DNA of 61,434 nucleotides, filler included, from Platydemus manokwari (GCA_037951405.1; 5 parts of 5 records of this genome joined end to end with filler, not necessarily neighbours in it), one strand, 5' to 3'; counted from the first letter of the whole stretch, positions 36,834 to 51,869 are shown. Made by a program: numbers and translations. Notes: generated from the letters alone by a model not told the origin.

Positions 36834-39800
36834 GTGATTCCTTATGAAGTCAAAATTTGCATTCTTCATTCTGCTTTGGCTTTCAAGGTTTGTTTAATCA
36901 GCCTCCTTTTTTCAAAGAGGTTCTGTGACGGATCTCATAGAGGTAACCAGTGAAAACTCAAACTTTATTTCATTCCGAAGTTAAAAGCACATAATATTAT
37001 TTGATAAGCATAAAACATAATAAGAGTGTTCCACTCATTTCCCATGTTGGCATTAAATTTTGCTTTTATATTCGTTTAGAAAATGAAACATTCTACTTTT
37101 TTGTTTATTAAATAAACTATTTAATTCATTTCATTGCTCTCAGTTCTCATTATGATTTCCTATTGTAATGGTTATAATCTATTGTGATTCATTTGATCTT
37201 CACAACATGGGGAAATCTTTCTTTCGTCTCTAGGGTCTTTAACACAGTTAAATTAGCCAAAATTAATCTAAATTCATAAATTTAAATTCATAATGTCATA
37301 CAATTAGAGGCAACATAATTTCTTATAACAACTAGGGTCTGAACAAGTCGTAACTTTAATATAAATTGATATTTTCTCATATACAAACTCATATTTATAT
37401 CATGGAACTTTCTTGTATTTTATAGTTGTTAAAGCCGTCACGTAATTTATTTGACAATCTTATACCATTTCAAAGAATTGATATATTTCTCCTCATTTTA
37501 TATATAATTACTTATATATTTAACATTATTGATTTATAAAATTCATTAGAACCGCTACAAAAATGAGTAGAAATTGATTAGATCGATATCACTCTTTGTA
37601 ATGTAAGATCAATAAACAATTTTCGCTAATTTTATTATAATTTATCAAAAATAATAGAAGAATTATGCCATGACACTGAAGAATGCACATAATTGCTGTA
37701 CAATAGTCATTAACCGTGGTACGAGTTCGTCTGTGGAATCCAATCATACCCGTAATAGGACTCCTGTTTTTGTCAGAAAAATATTAGATATTAAGTGAAA
37801 ATAAAATTTAAAAATCCAAACTTATATTACAAAACTATACATTTAAGTATTAAAAAGACATGTATTTGAAATAAATGTAAAATTAAAATCAACATAATAC
37901 AGACAAATGTAAATAAATAAAATTCAAATAATTTTTCACATAAAAAAATATTTAAAATAAATAAAACAAAAATTTCGTATTACTATATAATTTTTTTTGT
38001 TTANNNNNNNNNNAAATGACCTCAAGGTCACCGAAATAAAAGCCAAGGTTAAATAAAAAATTATTTCAAAAATCAATTTTTAGTAAATACGTTATTACTA
38101 AAATTAGTAGAGGTCAACTTAGCAACTCAAGTACCTAAAAACAATAGACTGTTTCTAATTTTAGACATGATGTCTTAAGAATTGATAAAATTAGCAACAA
38201 ACAGACGAAAATTCTGGACACTAATATTACGCAATATATAAGCGCATACAAATTCAGTGGGCTTGGACTTTAATTAAATTATTTCTTATTGTCATCGATG
38301 ACTATTTTATGAAGAAAATTATCGACTACCATTTATCAAAAAATTATCTCCATAGCTGTGCGGTTGATTTAAATTAATAATGGATCACTTTATCTTCCAC
38401 TTTCTTTTTGATTACGGGGGTATTTCGCCATCTAATTTGGCACACCTGAATTTTATTCTGAAGGTTCTATACGTTCACAATAGCGATTTGTATCTCTTGG
38501 GTATTATAAAATCTTATTTATCTTATTTAATAAAGTTTGTTTTATCGTATTGTTTTTATTGATTATTTATTCTTCATATTTTCCAGGATAGTTAATAATC
38601 ATTCTAACTATTTATATTTAAATTATTATTCTTAATATAGAGATTTCGAACATTTCCTAAGTATTTGAGAAAATGAGAAGAACAGATTCTGTTGGGAATA
38701 AAATCTCAACCTTCATTCGTAATTACAATTTTAGATTTTATCTATAGCTGTGTTAATTGCTATTGTTAATTGTAACACCAAAATTTTAATTCTATTTGAT
38801 AAATCCCTCCAAAACCCAACGCGCCTATATTTTGTAAGATGTTGGCAACAACAAACAAATTCGATTCACTTTTCACCAGCTTCATAAATTCTTTAAGGAC
38901 CAAGATTAAGCTCAATCCTTAAAACTATTTAGTCGCCTAGTTGTCTTTTCTTCATTCAAAGCACACGATCGCCATAATCCCAAATAACCGTATACTCACT
39001 GTTTATGATTAAATGTTAACTTAATTAAAGAAGCCTGAAACATAAAAGATTGACGAATAAAGATTATAAAGAATAAAGATTATGATGAATGGTATGGAAT
39101 AAAGGAGTAAGATATGGTAATATTTTCGAACATATTCTGAAGAACTTTCACCCGAGGAGGAGTACAGATGATGAATTAGATATATATTGAAAGTCTTTTT
39201 CAATGTTTAAGGTGACCCTTAATTTGTGTGATGAGATTTGCCTATTATTTTTTTATCCAATTATAAGATCATCATGCTAAACAAAATTGTGAAGATCAAT
39301 GAATGGAAATATTAATATCATTTGTTTAAATAATCGTCTAAATTATTAAATTTTTAAAAGGTATATTATAAATAAATTTTGGATTTGTGTTGCCGTCTTG
39401 AATGATTTTATGTTATATCTGAGGGACTTCAGTAATAAATATAGACACCATATTACTGGAATTTTACCGAAAAATCGCGATACATTTTTTTATGTTAATT
39501 AGGTGTTGCGATAAGGATAATTTGTCTAGCTACAGCAAACTTGTGCTGAAGGAAAAGTTATACGGTTATAAATTACGGTAATAGCTATAATTTTAGTGAG
39601 AACAGAATTAATAATAGTCTATTTAGAAGCTCAAAGTTGAACAAATAAAAAACAACATAAAACTATTTGGCGAATTGTGCAACACAACAACCAAGTAGAT
39701 AACTGTTAAAATATGCATTTGGCTAATATTGAAGGAGAAATCAAACGGAAGTGACTGAAATTGCTTTGGCTATTTGGTCGTTTTTATTAAAATTATGTTA

Positions 39801-40098
39801 TAATGCGGTATTTTGAATAAGTTCGTCCTCAAGGTTTCGGTAACATGTATGATGATGGAACTACCTGTGAAACTGAAACTGTCTAAACTATCTGTGCTAT
39901 TTTAATGGATTGCTGCAACGAGACGTAAATTATTATTGAATCAAATTGATTGTTGTTTTGATTAAACCAAAATAAACCTTAGAGCATTGCGTCGTTTATT
40001 AAAAAATCAAACAATTAAAAACTGATTTATTTAATCACATTATGGAAAACTTTTAACATTATTTTCCTTTGAAAACCCCAAAATGAAACAAATGATTT

Positions 40099-40848
40099 TT
40101 ATATCTCTCTACCATGCAATCCTTTCAGTCGTTCGGGTTCTTCTGAGAAAATGTTGAGCAATGAATGAGTCAGTTTGTGTTTAAAACCTTTCCAGTTGAA
40201 AAATAACGGCAATTCATGTTCTGATTTCCCCGTGTCCCAAATGAAATTGTTCGACAAATCCATTGCTAAAGACGATTTGATCAATCCAATACCGCTGGGC
40301 AGTTGTGGAGCAGGATGATAAAGTCGTAACGTTTTCGGATGCATAAACAAATGCTGTGGTTGGAAATCAACAAACAGTTGGCTGTCGGGATAAGCATAAA
40401 TCAAAATGTCTTTTTCGTTTCTTTCTTTCATTTGAATGAATACAATCGGTCTATCATCACATCTGATGAAATTCCGCTCTCTTCCGCACAGAGAAATGTA
40501 CGGGAAATCGTCTTGATAACGTTCTGAATTGTTGATTTGGATTCTTTTGAAGAAAAATTCCAAAAATACTTTGTCTTGAAAATCGAATTGAGAATAATTA
40601 GAGAAACAATTATTAAACCTTTAACCTTTGAAGCATGAAGTGAAATTTTTGATCTTTACGTCATCAAGAAATAACTGAAATCAAATTCTACTAATAATAT
40701 CGAACATAATAAAATGTTTCACCATTCCTTGATGATCGATATAATAAAAATATTCACGAATTCGAGGCTCAGGAGCCTGGCCTTGTATATATGAAATGTA
40801 TTTGGCATTAGTTTTAATTAATCTGTATAATTTAAATAATGAAAGCAT
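40099..40848 (-). CDS. C8orf82: UPF0598 / C8orf82 homolog (DUF4505)
   Basis: Exons 40848-40723, 40674-40626 and 40574-40099. YIQGQAPEPRIREYFYYIDHQGMLFLDDVKIKNFTSCFKD, FPYISLCGRERNFIRCDDRPIVF and RLYHPAP are diagnostic. Confidence 0.93.
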
Positions 40849-42733
40849 TGCAGTTATAATGTTGAACTATAATTAAAAATTAAATAAGAGCTGAATTCAA
40901 AATTTTAACATTTCGAATAAATTTTATGATTTATTTAAACAAGAGATATTATGTATATAATTAAAATAAATTTATAAATTAGAATATCGACCAGTTTCAT
41001 TTTTATTCCATAATCAGTGTTTGAGTTTTAATATTAATCAATATCTTTTCTAGGTTTGTTTTTGTTTCCCGAATGTTTAAATTTAATTGAAAAAATAATT
41101 AAATTATTTTGAATATTAGAACTCGAATTTTCATCATCTGACAAACTTTTTGAACCACCATATTAAGTATTCAAGTATTAAACTCAAACAATTTTTTCTT
41201 TGACTTAACTGAAAATTTTGGTTATACTATAGTTTTATGATTTTTTATCAAATGTAAATTAATGGTGTTATTGGTACATATTTTTATAATTTTTCAATTT
41301 TTTTATTAACTTATAGTTGCGATGTATTTTGTAATGGTCAATTTTTTAAGGCAAAAATGAAACGTTAACTAATATTTAAAATGAAATACTAACTGATTGA
41401 TGGCATAATTCCTTAGTATTGTAGGATGACTCGGATTAATCTTTGAATAATTACACATTTTAAAATAACAGCTTTGAAGTCTAAATCTTGATTGTCCTTG
41501 TCCAATAATCAGAATTTTATATATGTCCTGTGGTTTGCTGGAAGACCCAACATTAATTTAGAGTATTTATAAAATCACATATCGCATAATTTATAAATCA
41601 TATCCTTCACTGTCTACAGAGTCTTACCAAAATCTCTTAAAAAGGACACTATGTATATTCATCATTATCATTCAACACATTTTAGGAAACTTTCAAAGCA
41701 TTGTTAAATCAAACTAGTCATATGAAAAGCAATAATAATAAAATCTTTGAGGCAACAGAAAAGGCAGTAATTGAATCTAAAGCAATAATGTCATTGTAGT
41801 TGTTTTCGACTAAAAACAACTTTTCAAAAATACAGTATTGATGTATAAAAGTATTCGGCATGAAATAATATTGGATATATTTTGTGTAAAAATTCCAGAA
41901 GTTCTGCAATATAAATTAGATCAAAAATAATATCTATTAAAATATTACAATTCAAAAACCCTTTAAAATTTCCCCTAAAATAAAAAAATACCCATAAACT
42001 AATAATGATAAATAACCCGTTGTGTATTATCACGCATAAGCGATAATATATTCAGCTAAAATGAAATAAGTAGCAATGCATTTAATAAAATTAAATAGCC
42101 ATGTATTTAATTGCTAAGAACTTCCCTCTGCGTATAGTGGAATTAATTGCAGAGAACTTCTCCCTGATACAATAAATTCCAGTGCAATAAAGATATATGG
42201 CCTGCAATTAAATAAATATTCGTAGAGAATATCTAAGAATGAATCAACATTGCCTATATAAAGCATTGACCCCAATTAACAAAAGGACTTTATGCAGTAA
42301 CTCATTTATCGCTTGCTATTTCATGATAAGAAACGCAGTAATACATTACATCAGTATTACGACTCAGTGGAGCAAAAGAAGATTCAACTGCATAAGGATT
42401 CCAGAGTTTGTCTATGCCCAGTACTTGTACTAGAAGAATTATGAAAATTAAGTAAGATCCAATAATGATAAAATCATCTATAATTGATAAAAAAAACTGT
42501 ATATTCTTCTTATTTATAGGGTTTGATCCCCTCCATAATACATGGTCAACTCCTCTTGGAAGTTTATTAACTGCAGACGCCTACCCAGAAAAATCAACAT
42601 CATTATATATGCATTTCCACTTAGCTTCATATAAGTTGTTGAACTTTAAAAGAGCGGAAGGTCAATTAATTAAGATTAGATTACTACATGGGAGTCGAAA
42701 AGAATGTAGAAGGCTGATAAAACGCGATTAAAT

Positions 42734-42928
42734 NNNNNNNNNNNNNNNNNNNNNNNNNNNNNNNNNNNNNNNNNNNNNNNNNNNNNNNNNNNNNNNNNNN
42801 NNNNNNNNNNNNNNNNNNNNNNNNNNNNNNNNNNNNNNNNNNNNNNNNNNNNNNNNNNNNNNNNNNNNNNNNNNNNNNNNNNNNNNNNNNNNNNNNNNNN
42901 NNNNNNNNNNNNNNNNNNNNNNNNNNNN
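42734..42928. other. Scaffold gap (other plain gaps at 38004-38013 and 46020-46153)
   Basis: Plain N runs without the linker motif. Confidence 0.95.
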
Positions 42929-43506
42929 GAGTTGATAATAAAAATGATATTGATTTTAATAATAAGGGAAGTAATATTAGGAATATTAATAATAATGATA
43001 ATAAAAATAACCCAATAATAATGAAACAATGGGACAAGCATATATTGAATATAATATCGATAATTCAATCGTAACCATAGTTCTCGATTATAATTTATTC
43101 TGAAATGTCGTTAATTACATTTCATGTCACAATTTCTACCCTTGAAAAGGAGAAATGAAAGATCTCTATGCGGTATTGGATACAGATGAAAATACGATTC
43201 AATAAAGAGAGTAATGAACTATACAGTTTCATTAAACACAGTATCCATGGAAACCCATTTCTTATGAATGTCATTAGAATAATTCCTCACAATGCCATAA
43301 TATCTATAAATTTTTATAAACACACGGTGTCATTTCGAATCATTCCAAATCACCATGGAATTCCGCAATTAACCAATAAGAGCAACATCGTATGTATATA
43401 TAATGATCATACAACTCAATGTCGATGATTTTATAATTAATTTATAGAATATTTTCAAAATAATCATCATCGTTTATCAATAATTGATCAATACAATTAA
43501 CAATAC

Positions 43507-45895
43507 CTCAACAGGCAGGACATCCGCAAATGCACATATGAACCATTTTGCACTCAACAATATACATGATCCACCACATGTTTTCGTGATTGATTCATAA
43601 ACCTGAGGCATTTTGGTTCTAGAATCATTAATCATATCGGCCATCACATTGACACATATATTCATATATTTCCTTTCAACCTACTTCAATAATTCCTCCA
43701 AAACCATACAGTCGACCTGAATACGAACCATTCCTGAGATGTAGTACGATTGAAGAATTTTTGTAATCAACGTATCAAATACCCAGAAAGCTTTCTCCTC
43801 ATCTGGCATCATAATCAGTAAAATCAATCCCGCAATAAAGTTCATCCCCTAAATCAAATATATATATATATGTATATTTGTTTTGAAAGATGATAATGTC
43901 TCAACAAGTGTATCACAATAATCAAAAAATTCCTCCAAAAATCAATAAATTCCCCAAAAATCAATAAATTCCTCCAAAAATCAATAAATTCCCCAAAAAA
44001 TCAATAAATTTCCCAAAAAATCAATAAATTCTCCAAACAATAAGTTTTCAATAATCGTTATAAAATCAAAGTGTCGAATTGGATACGATAAAACAGATTT
44101 CAGTAAATTTGATTTTAAAGGACTGGATTGGTAGAATAAATCTGTGATTATAATGGATATTAATGAAGGGAATTTGTAACTCAATAAAATGCTGAAGGAT
44201 TTAAGATGATTTATTATTGATGAGTAAAACAGGGTAGGAATCGGTGTACCAAGTGATCCCAATGTGGCAGTATCATCAATATGTGAATCCATTGTTCATG
44301 CTCTGAATTGCACATTACAACTGGGAGCATTTTCATTCCAAAATGAATATTTCCATATATTATCTCAATTAGATTCAGGGCTATGAAAGCGGCTAAAATA
44401 CACGTGAACCCAAATGTGGTTTTGTTTTAAGTCGCGAATCGATACAGAATATTTTAACTAAACTACTGCAGTTCCGATCTTATCATATAAATCAAATAAA
44501 TCAGAAAATGATTTTTAACCAATGATATCTAAAATACTTGAATTGATCAGATGTTTTCGAATTTTTCAGACTTTTTATAAATAATTTCTCAAAAAATTGA
44601 CTTTCTTTCGAGTTAATTTAAAATATTCTTAAAAGCACTAAAATTCTCATTAAAAATGAAGTTTATAATCATGTTTTAGTCCTCAAATAGCTTTATTATC
44701 ACGATATTACAAGGTTAATTGTTAAATTTAAATATTAAAATCTAACAAATCATTAAATAATCGATAATATAAATTCAATAAATCATTTAATGATTAAATC
44801 ACTTCAAAAAATATACCAGAATTGCATTAAATATGAAGTTAAAAACTAAGGCTAAGTCAGAGATTAGCTTTCATCATTTCCAATTAGGCCACTCAAGCCA
44901 CAAAATTTCTTACCAAATCTGGTCGTCTCTCTGATCATTATTAAAAGGACCATGTCGATTTAAAACATGTCTTTTAAATATTTAATAATTTATCACGTTG
45001 AATTCTCATTTTTGTCATTCCATATGCCAGTAAAAATTTAAAAAATTTTAAAATAAATTTTTTGTAAAATTTTTATTGGTTTAAATCGAATTTGATGTCG
45101 TGACTTTTCAGTTCGTTTTCAATGCGTTTTAAATGGTGACCACGTATTTGGATTCGATTCTGAGAATCTCTATAAAGCTTGGAATGAATGGAAGAGGAGC
45201 AGGAATATATAGAAAAGTTGTAAAGAAGATATGGAGGAATTATACCAAAGATATAGAGAAGATGTAATGTAGAGAAGAAGTAGAAATTTCATGTCGATAA
45301 ATGTCTATAGAATTGGAGAGGGAGATAATGCAGAATTCAGAGAAAATCAAAGATTTTAAAGAAAGGAGATGTGGGGATAAGATTTTTATATTTTTTTTAC
45401 TTTTTTGGGTAATTTTCATTACAACGTAAATTGGTGTCGTGACTATCCATTTCGTTTTCAATGCTTTGTTTTTAAAATATTAGTGGCTCGCATCATTCAT
45501 TCATTAATAAATCACAACACCAATTATTGATTACTAAGCGTTTCTTCGTCATTTCAATAATTATAGACTTCCACTCAAACTCATGCCAACATCTTACGTT
45601 TTCTTTTATGAAGAAAATATCGTTATTGCAAATCTTTGATAGACCCCACAATGCCATTTAGAGCGTGATGCACATAAATTACACAGTCAGACAAAATATA
45701 AACCTAATTGATTGCCAGAAAATTGGCCAATAAATCTCTTGTAAAATGAAAATAAAATCAATCGAACCTGACAATAACCTATTGATGGATTTTTGTTTAC
45801 AAATGCAGTCAAAACTCTTTGAAGGTTTGGTAAGAGAGAATCTGGATGTTTGCGATCACGAAATCTGACATTTTCTGGAAAGGTCCTAGGGATAT
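43507..45895 (-). CDS. GRTP1: TBC-domain RabGAP, GRTP1/TBC1D6-like; internal exons only
   Basis: Exons 45895-45768 (DIPRTFPEN...NPSIGYCQ), 43848-43685 (GMNFIAGLILL...EEKAFW) and 43618-43507 (KWFICAFADVLPVE). The R-finger (DxxRTF) and Q-finger (YCQG) are intact. 5' and 3' exons were not found. Confidence 0.85.
43921..44035. repeat. ~20-bp minisatellite (ATCAATAAATTCC[C/T]CAAAAA)x~6 in a TBC intron
   Basis: Tandem repeat directly visible. Confidence 0.9.
45030..45490 (+). repeat. Partial-tandem interspersed element, copy B (period ~339 bp)
   Basis: TGATGTCGTGACTTTTCAGTTCGTTTTCAATGC at 45093 recurs as TGGTGTCGTGACTATCCATTTCGTTTTCAATGC at 45432. Core has TGGATTCGATTCTGAGAA plus a purine-rich tract. 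Confidence 0.75.
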
Positions 45896-47646
45896 CTAAA
45901 GATATATTCGATATTTTATTCCATATAAAGAGAAATGCGTTTATTAGAACAATCGCCATGTCAAGCCAATCATAATAATGAAAATAATGTTTACGATAAA
46001 AATAATTATTAATTCTTCTNNNNNNNNNNNNNNNNNNNNNNNNNNNNNNNNNNNNNNNNNNNNNNNNNNNNNNNNNNNNNNNNNNNNNNNNNNNNNNNNN
46101 NNNNNNNNNNNNNNNNNNNNNNNNNNNNNNNNNNNNNNNNNNNNNNNNNNNNNAAATATAAATAACATAATGTCAGATATTTAAAAATAGATCTACTTGA
46201 TTTGTGGAAATATCAATCAATCTAACACATTGGGTTGTCAATCAACACATATTTGCCCTTATCATATTTTGTCTCTCATTATTCACGCTTTGTTTTGATT
46301 ATAAAATTTCAAAATATATTTTCCATTAATTTAATATTAATCACAAAATTCGATAATAATCAATAATCACTGTTTTTCTAACGAATCCTTTGTGAATCAT
46401 TTGTCAAACGCTCATTTCTTTATGATTGTTTTAATTTATTGATTATTGGAATGCATTTGGTAGATCCGTCGCATTAATGTCTCTTTATCGACAAAATTAA
46501 ATTTAATAGATATTCATCTTTATTTTTACCTAGAAAATCTTTATAAAAATATAATCAATAATCTATTTGTCGTTTATATGTTGATTCAATTAATTTGTTT
46601 CACTGGACTGGGATTTTTTAGGGTTTGAAAATAATGAAACATCAAGTATAAAAACCTTCACTATTACGAAAATGATGTCAACATTCTTGATAAATAATAT
46701 TTAAATTGTGTTGACAACCAAATCGATTATTCGACAAACACTTCTGTCTGCAATGCACAAAATCGATGACTCTATGTGCTTCAAGAAACCAGCTCATGTT
46801 TCGTTGACATTTATCAAAACATTAATTGCTCTACAAAATAAATAATATTATCGTCATGATAATAGTTTATTTTTCAGTCACTATGGTGATTGATTTGTAT
46901 GACTCGAACGAATGTAATTTATTTAATTGACATCCTGTCAGAGATTTCTTGTTTATTGTTCATAAATCGATCACGTGAATATCATGCAGTGCTTAACCAG
47001 TATTCAAAAAATGATCAATATCGATTACTGTTATTTAGATTATTATTCATATATGTATTGAATTTTTATCGTTAAATTTTGATGATTATTTGGGATATCG
47101 ATTAGATACACGATAACTTAAAAATATCTCGCAAAGCTTTCAATTTAATTTTCTATTTCTTCTACAATGGTGACACTTTCTACAAATGATAACCGTAATA
47201 AAGATTATTAAATATTGGAATTATAATCTTGTTTTTTCCACAATTCAGAATGAAAACCATAGCTAAAAATACTTATGGATTTATTTGGGTCTTTTTTAAC
47301 CTGGTCTGTTTCCACTGTTATCGGCACGGAATCTTTAGTTTTAAATCTTATAAAGAAATGCTTGAATAAGTCAACGCATTCCATCCTTAATCAAAGATTC
47401 TTGAAGTCAAAGACAGGATTTGTTTCTCTCACTTGATTAGAGCCAATGTATAGACCAAGTGATGAGAGAGAAACTCCCATTACAGATAATAATCGAGAAA
47501 TTAGCTTTAATCGACTACAGTTCTAAACTGTTTAATGTGCATTTATATTCGATATCGATCCGATTCATAATAAAAGACTTATCGATGATTAGTAAATTTT
47601 ATATTTACAGATTATTTGCAAATAGAATCACTCAAATACAATCCAA

Positions 47647-50086
47647 TCACGATGAACCATTAAAATCAAAACTGTTGAATGTGAAAGAATTATTTTTTTG
47701 TTGGAGAACGAGATATTTCGAATTGAAATTACGACAAATGTCTGAGTTTTCAAAGAAAATTTTCTGATTGGAAATGTGCTCGATTGAGGAAGAATCGTTT
47801 ATCGTATGTGTTTCTTCGACTCCTGACGATTGTGGTGTAACGAAAGGTGAAGTTTCCCCACTCATCCTTCGAGGATTCGATTCTATGGAGAAAGAATATG
47901 GTGGAAGTGGAGTTTTTATTTGTTTGATGGTGTTACTGTTGTTGTTGGTGTTATTGGAATGTGAAAAGTATTCAGGCTGGGATGTTGATTTTGGAAGTTG
48001 ATAATTGGCCGATTTCGAATAACAGCTAAACCAATGATGGTTGAGAATTTCTTTGAAACTGGGTCGAATATCTGGATTTTTATTTAGACATTTGATTATT
48101 AGGTCTTGACAACTGCGACTGATTGATTTTCGAAATATGGGATAAGAATTTATGATGGATTCATCGTTGTCGAATGGTAAATTGCCACAAACCATGTCAT
48201 AAAGAAGGATGCCCAATGACCAAGTTTCCAAAGACGGTGCATGATATCGCTTATATTGAATCCATTCAGGAGGACTGTAGACACGAGTGCCTTAATTTAT
48301 TTTAACATTTAATTTCATTATTTTTTTGATAATTTTTTATCCATATTATAATAAGCTCAATTTATTTATCAATCTATGTGTTGAAATTCAGTAAAATTTA
48401 ATTCTCAAAGTCTGTGATTTCGTGAATTATGAACCAATCATTAAATTCTATTTAGACATCTGTCTGTCTGGGTATGGGAATATCATAAATTTAAGGATAA
48501 AACCTCAGCCAAAATCGACTAAATTTGAAAACCATGCCAAAACTAAGACTGGACAATATCATTATCGATGATATTTCAATACAAGAATGCATATACCACA
48601 GACACAATGATAGAAGATTACTGACACACACACTCACATGCACACGTACAAACAAATAATTTTCACAATCAATTGACTCGAGTGGCAACCAATATGTATT
48701 ATCGTTAATGTGACAAGAAGCTAGATCAACTAGATTTTGGAAGTTGCCATAGTTATTGGGAGCATTCACGATCAATTCGGAAGGGGAGAAAATTACTATT
48801 TGTTACAATTCGCTGTGCAGCCAATGAAAATCGAGTGCATGTGTCTGGTAGATAGGTCAGAGAAAAGTAAATCACAATTTCTGACATTGACGGAATATTG
48901 TAGCTGAAACAGAAATTTCTAGACAGAGACACTATAAAAAAATGACTATGATCTAAAAGATGACGACTGGGCTATGAGTTATTTTTGTCCAATCGATGCA
49001 TACGAACATAGATGACAGATAGTAGATTTACATCATTCTGTAGTACATTTTTGTATCTATTACTCCAATTTACCAATAATGTACTTTACTCTTTTATTCA
49101 TATTGGATTGTCTTTCCTAACCTGATTTTAGTTTTGTATTATTGTTCATAAGCACCGATAACTAAAACCAGAACAAACAACAATATACGCCCACATGATC
49201 ATATTCATGAATGATTTTTTGTTGAAAATAAAAACCAGATATGATCTCTCCTGTTGATTTTCTACAGTGTATTTTGTTTTAAAGATCATGATAAAGAAAT
49301 AACACGTTGAAAGAAAAAAAAATATCATTTTTAAATACAAAAACATAACACGTGTTTAAAGTTAAAAATCTGTCAAAAAAATAAAATAAAAACAACTCAC
49401 CATCGAATTCTGAATATAGGTTTTCATGTAAAATACCACCAGCACCGAAATCGATAAGATAGATTTTTTTCGTAGCCAAATCGATAATAATATTTTCATC
49501 TTTGATATCACGATGACAGACCCCGAGCTTGTGACATTTGATGAGAATAGTTATTAATTGATTCATAAAATTCGATGCATCCTTTTCCGAAATTTGGCTC
49601 ATATTAGTTATATGATCAAATAGATCGATATGATTATCGAATCGTTCCATTACAATATACCATCCTTTGTGTTCTTTGATGTGGAAATATTTGACAATCT
49701 TTATCACACCTGAAATGTCTCGACAACGACACATCAAAGCTATTTCCAAGGGTATAAATTTATTGGTCTTCTGTTGCACCAATAATATCGATTATGTAAA
49801 TATTGTCTTAAAAATCAAACCGAACTCACCGAATATCGATGCCATGATGTTATTTTAGAATTGGCAATGTATTTGATAGCAACCTTTAGCTTGTCACTGC
49901 AACGAATAGCTTTACGGACTTTTCCAAACCCACCCTCACCGATGATTTCCATTGACAGGAATTCCTTTTGAAAATCATCCAAACTATCACTCATGGGAAC
50001 GCCATCTGTAATTGATAGATTCATCCATACTAGAAATATGAAATCAATTTCCAACACTTACCTAAAGAAATATCTAAAATATCCAT
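47647..50086 (-). CDS. PIM: Pim-family Ser/Thr kinase with Ser/Asn-rich C-terminal tail
   Basis: Exons 50086-50062, 50005-49830, 49770-49401 and 48290-47647. Motifs [52 protein letters not shown] and [13 protein letters not shown]. Confidence 0.95.
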
Positions 50087-50229
50087 AATTGATCTCTTTT
50101 CTTTCTTTCTCTCGAATTAAAATTCACAAAGTTACGAAAAGAAAATTTAGACAAAATTTTAATATTAAAAAAAATTCAGACAAATTTGCTGTTTTAGTGA
50201 ACACGACGAACTAATATATTGATAATTCC

Positions 50230-50460
50230 TGCCAATTTTTAAAATCTGACCAATCAAATGATAGTAATTGCTGACTATTTATAGATGTTTAATTTGATTG
50301 GTGTTGTCCGGTGTGGGTTGTGTATAAATTTTGTCTTGTTATTCTAACTGTACTTGTTGAAAAAAAATGTGTACATTTTCTATGCAACACTACAAATTCA
50401 TGAATTGGTCGTGATAGGGGATTTCTATTTCCCAGTTATTGGCCGTAATAAAACGGAAGT
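50230..50460 (-). promoter_or_regulatory. Candidate Pim promoter
   Basis: TATAAATAG on the minus strand (~50276-50284), flanked by an 11-bp inverted pair ACCAATCAAAT/ATTTGATTGGT. Further CCAAT boxes and an ETS-like CGGAAGT (~50454) lie upstream. Confidence 0.4.
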
Positions 50461-51815
50461 CTATCTGGAAATCGGTTAAAAACAATAATTACGTTATTCT
50501 CTTTTTATTTTTTTTTACTGAAAATCATTTGTTGTTAAAACTATAAAACGAGAAAAAAAATAAATTAGCATGCTACGATGTTTGTGTTTTTAAGGAAACT
50601 ATCTTGCTGGTGTGGAATGCATATTAGGAAAAATTGAAATCTCAAGTCATCATGCTGATAGAGCCTAGGATTGTAGGCGTAATTTTGGATTGTTTCCATT
50701 ATGAATTTAAGTTTTTTTTCTTTTTTTTTGTTATTCATGATCTAGTGAATAATTTATTGATAATTTATTGGTATGGGTATGTCGAATTAAGCGAGGAATT
50801 AACAACTAAGTCTGATATCAGAATTTCTCAAATCTGTTGCAGAGATCACAGTTTGTCCTCGTACTTTTGTTTTATTAATATGAATCTCTTTAAAATAAAA
50901 TCAATCTTTTTTTCGAAATTTATTTAATGAAAAGCTAAATTGATGAAGCCTTAAATTATTGTAAAATAAGAGAAAACTGTCTGGCCCTGACCTTGAAACC
51001 AGGTAACCGCGGCAACGGAGATTTTAGAAGCGCCTTTTGGAGCATTTAGACTCAACCATGAAATATTTATAAACTTTTGTTGGTTAGATTAATTTTTAAT
51101 GCATTCCAGTCTGGAGAATGAATGGGAAAAAATCATTTTCTGCAATCAAAAATACGATTCGGATCGATCCTTACACACAATGTCATCATATGGGGACAAT
51201 TAATTTTGAACGGTCAACATTTTCAAAACAAGAAACAAGTCATTCTTTTGCTTTCAAATAAATAATACAGGTTTCGGCCTTTTTGTTAAAGAAAAAATTT
51301 CGGTTCTCATTGAAAGCAATCGAAAAATATGACCCTTGTTGGAGGGTGACGGTTGATTTGAGAATTTAATCAAATGCAGAAATTTTCAACCATTTGTGTA
51401 AGCGGAAAAGTATTTTTCGCACGGTCAAAATTCATTGTACCACATTTTCCATTTTTGAAGCTTAATCTTCGCCATATGGCAGACAATGTCAGCTGTTTCA
51501 CAGGCACATACTTGAGCTTTCAAATAAATCGCATTACTTGAAATAATTGTTTTTCGATAAACGTTGAGGTAATGAATTGGGAATACAAATAACTCTGATT
51601 AGTTTCAGTCTCAATCGAACAGATTGGTAAGGATTTATTGTATTTGAGGACTTTTATCAGAATTGTCGGGTTCTGTTTATCTCGTTTTTGTGAATGACAA
51701 TGCAATCAAGAAAGGAGTTTCTCTGCTGCCATTTACATATTTTATCATAATATTTACAAATAGTTGTATAAAAATAAATTTAAAAAAGTTATTAGAATAT
51801 ATTAACGAAAGAATA

Positions 51816-51857
<42 letters not shown>

Positions 51858-51869
51858 TATTATTATTAT
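51816..51869. repeat. (TAT)n microsatellite at contig end
   Basis: Directly visible; a shorter (TAT)n lies at ~20417-20441. Confidence 0.95.

Noticed and set aside
39600-39960. Transib-like transposase remnant (VRPQGFGNMYDDGTT)
   Set aside because: Only one loose motif match, with no TIR or TSD and no supporting frame.
43921-44035. CRISPR-like array
   Set aside because: Head-to-tail minisatellite with no unique spacers, in a eukaryotic intron, with no cas genes.
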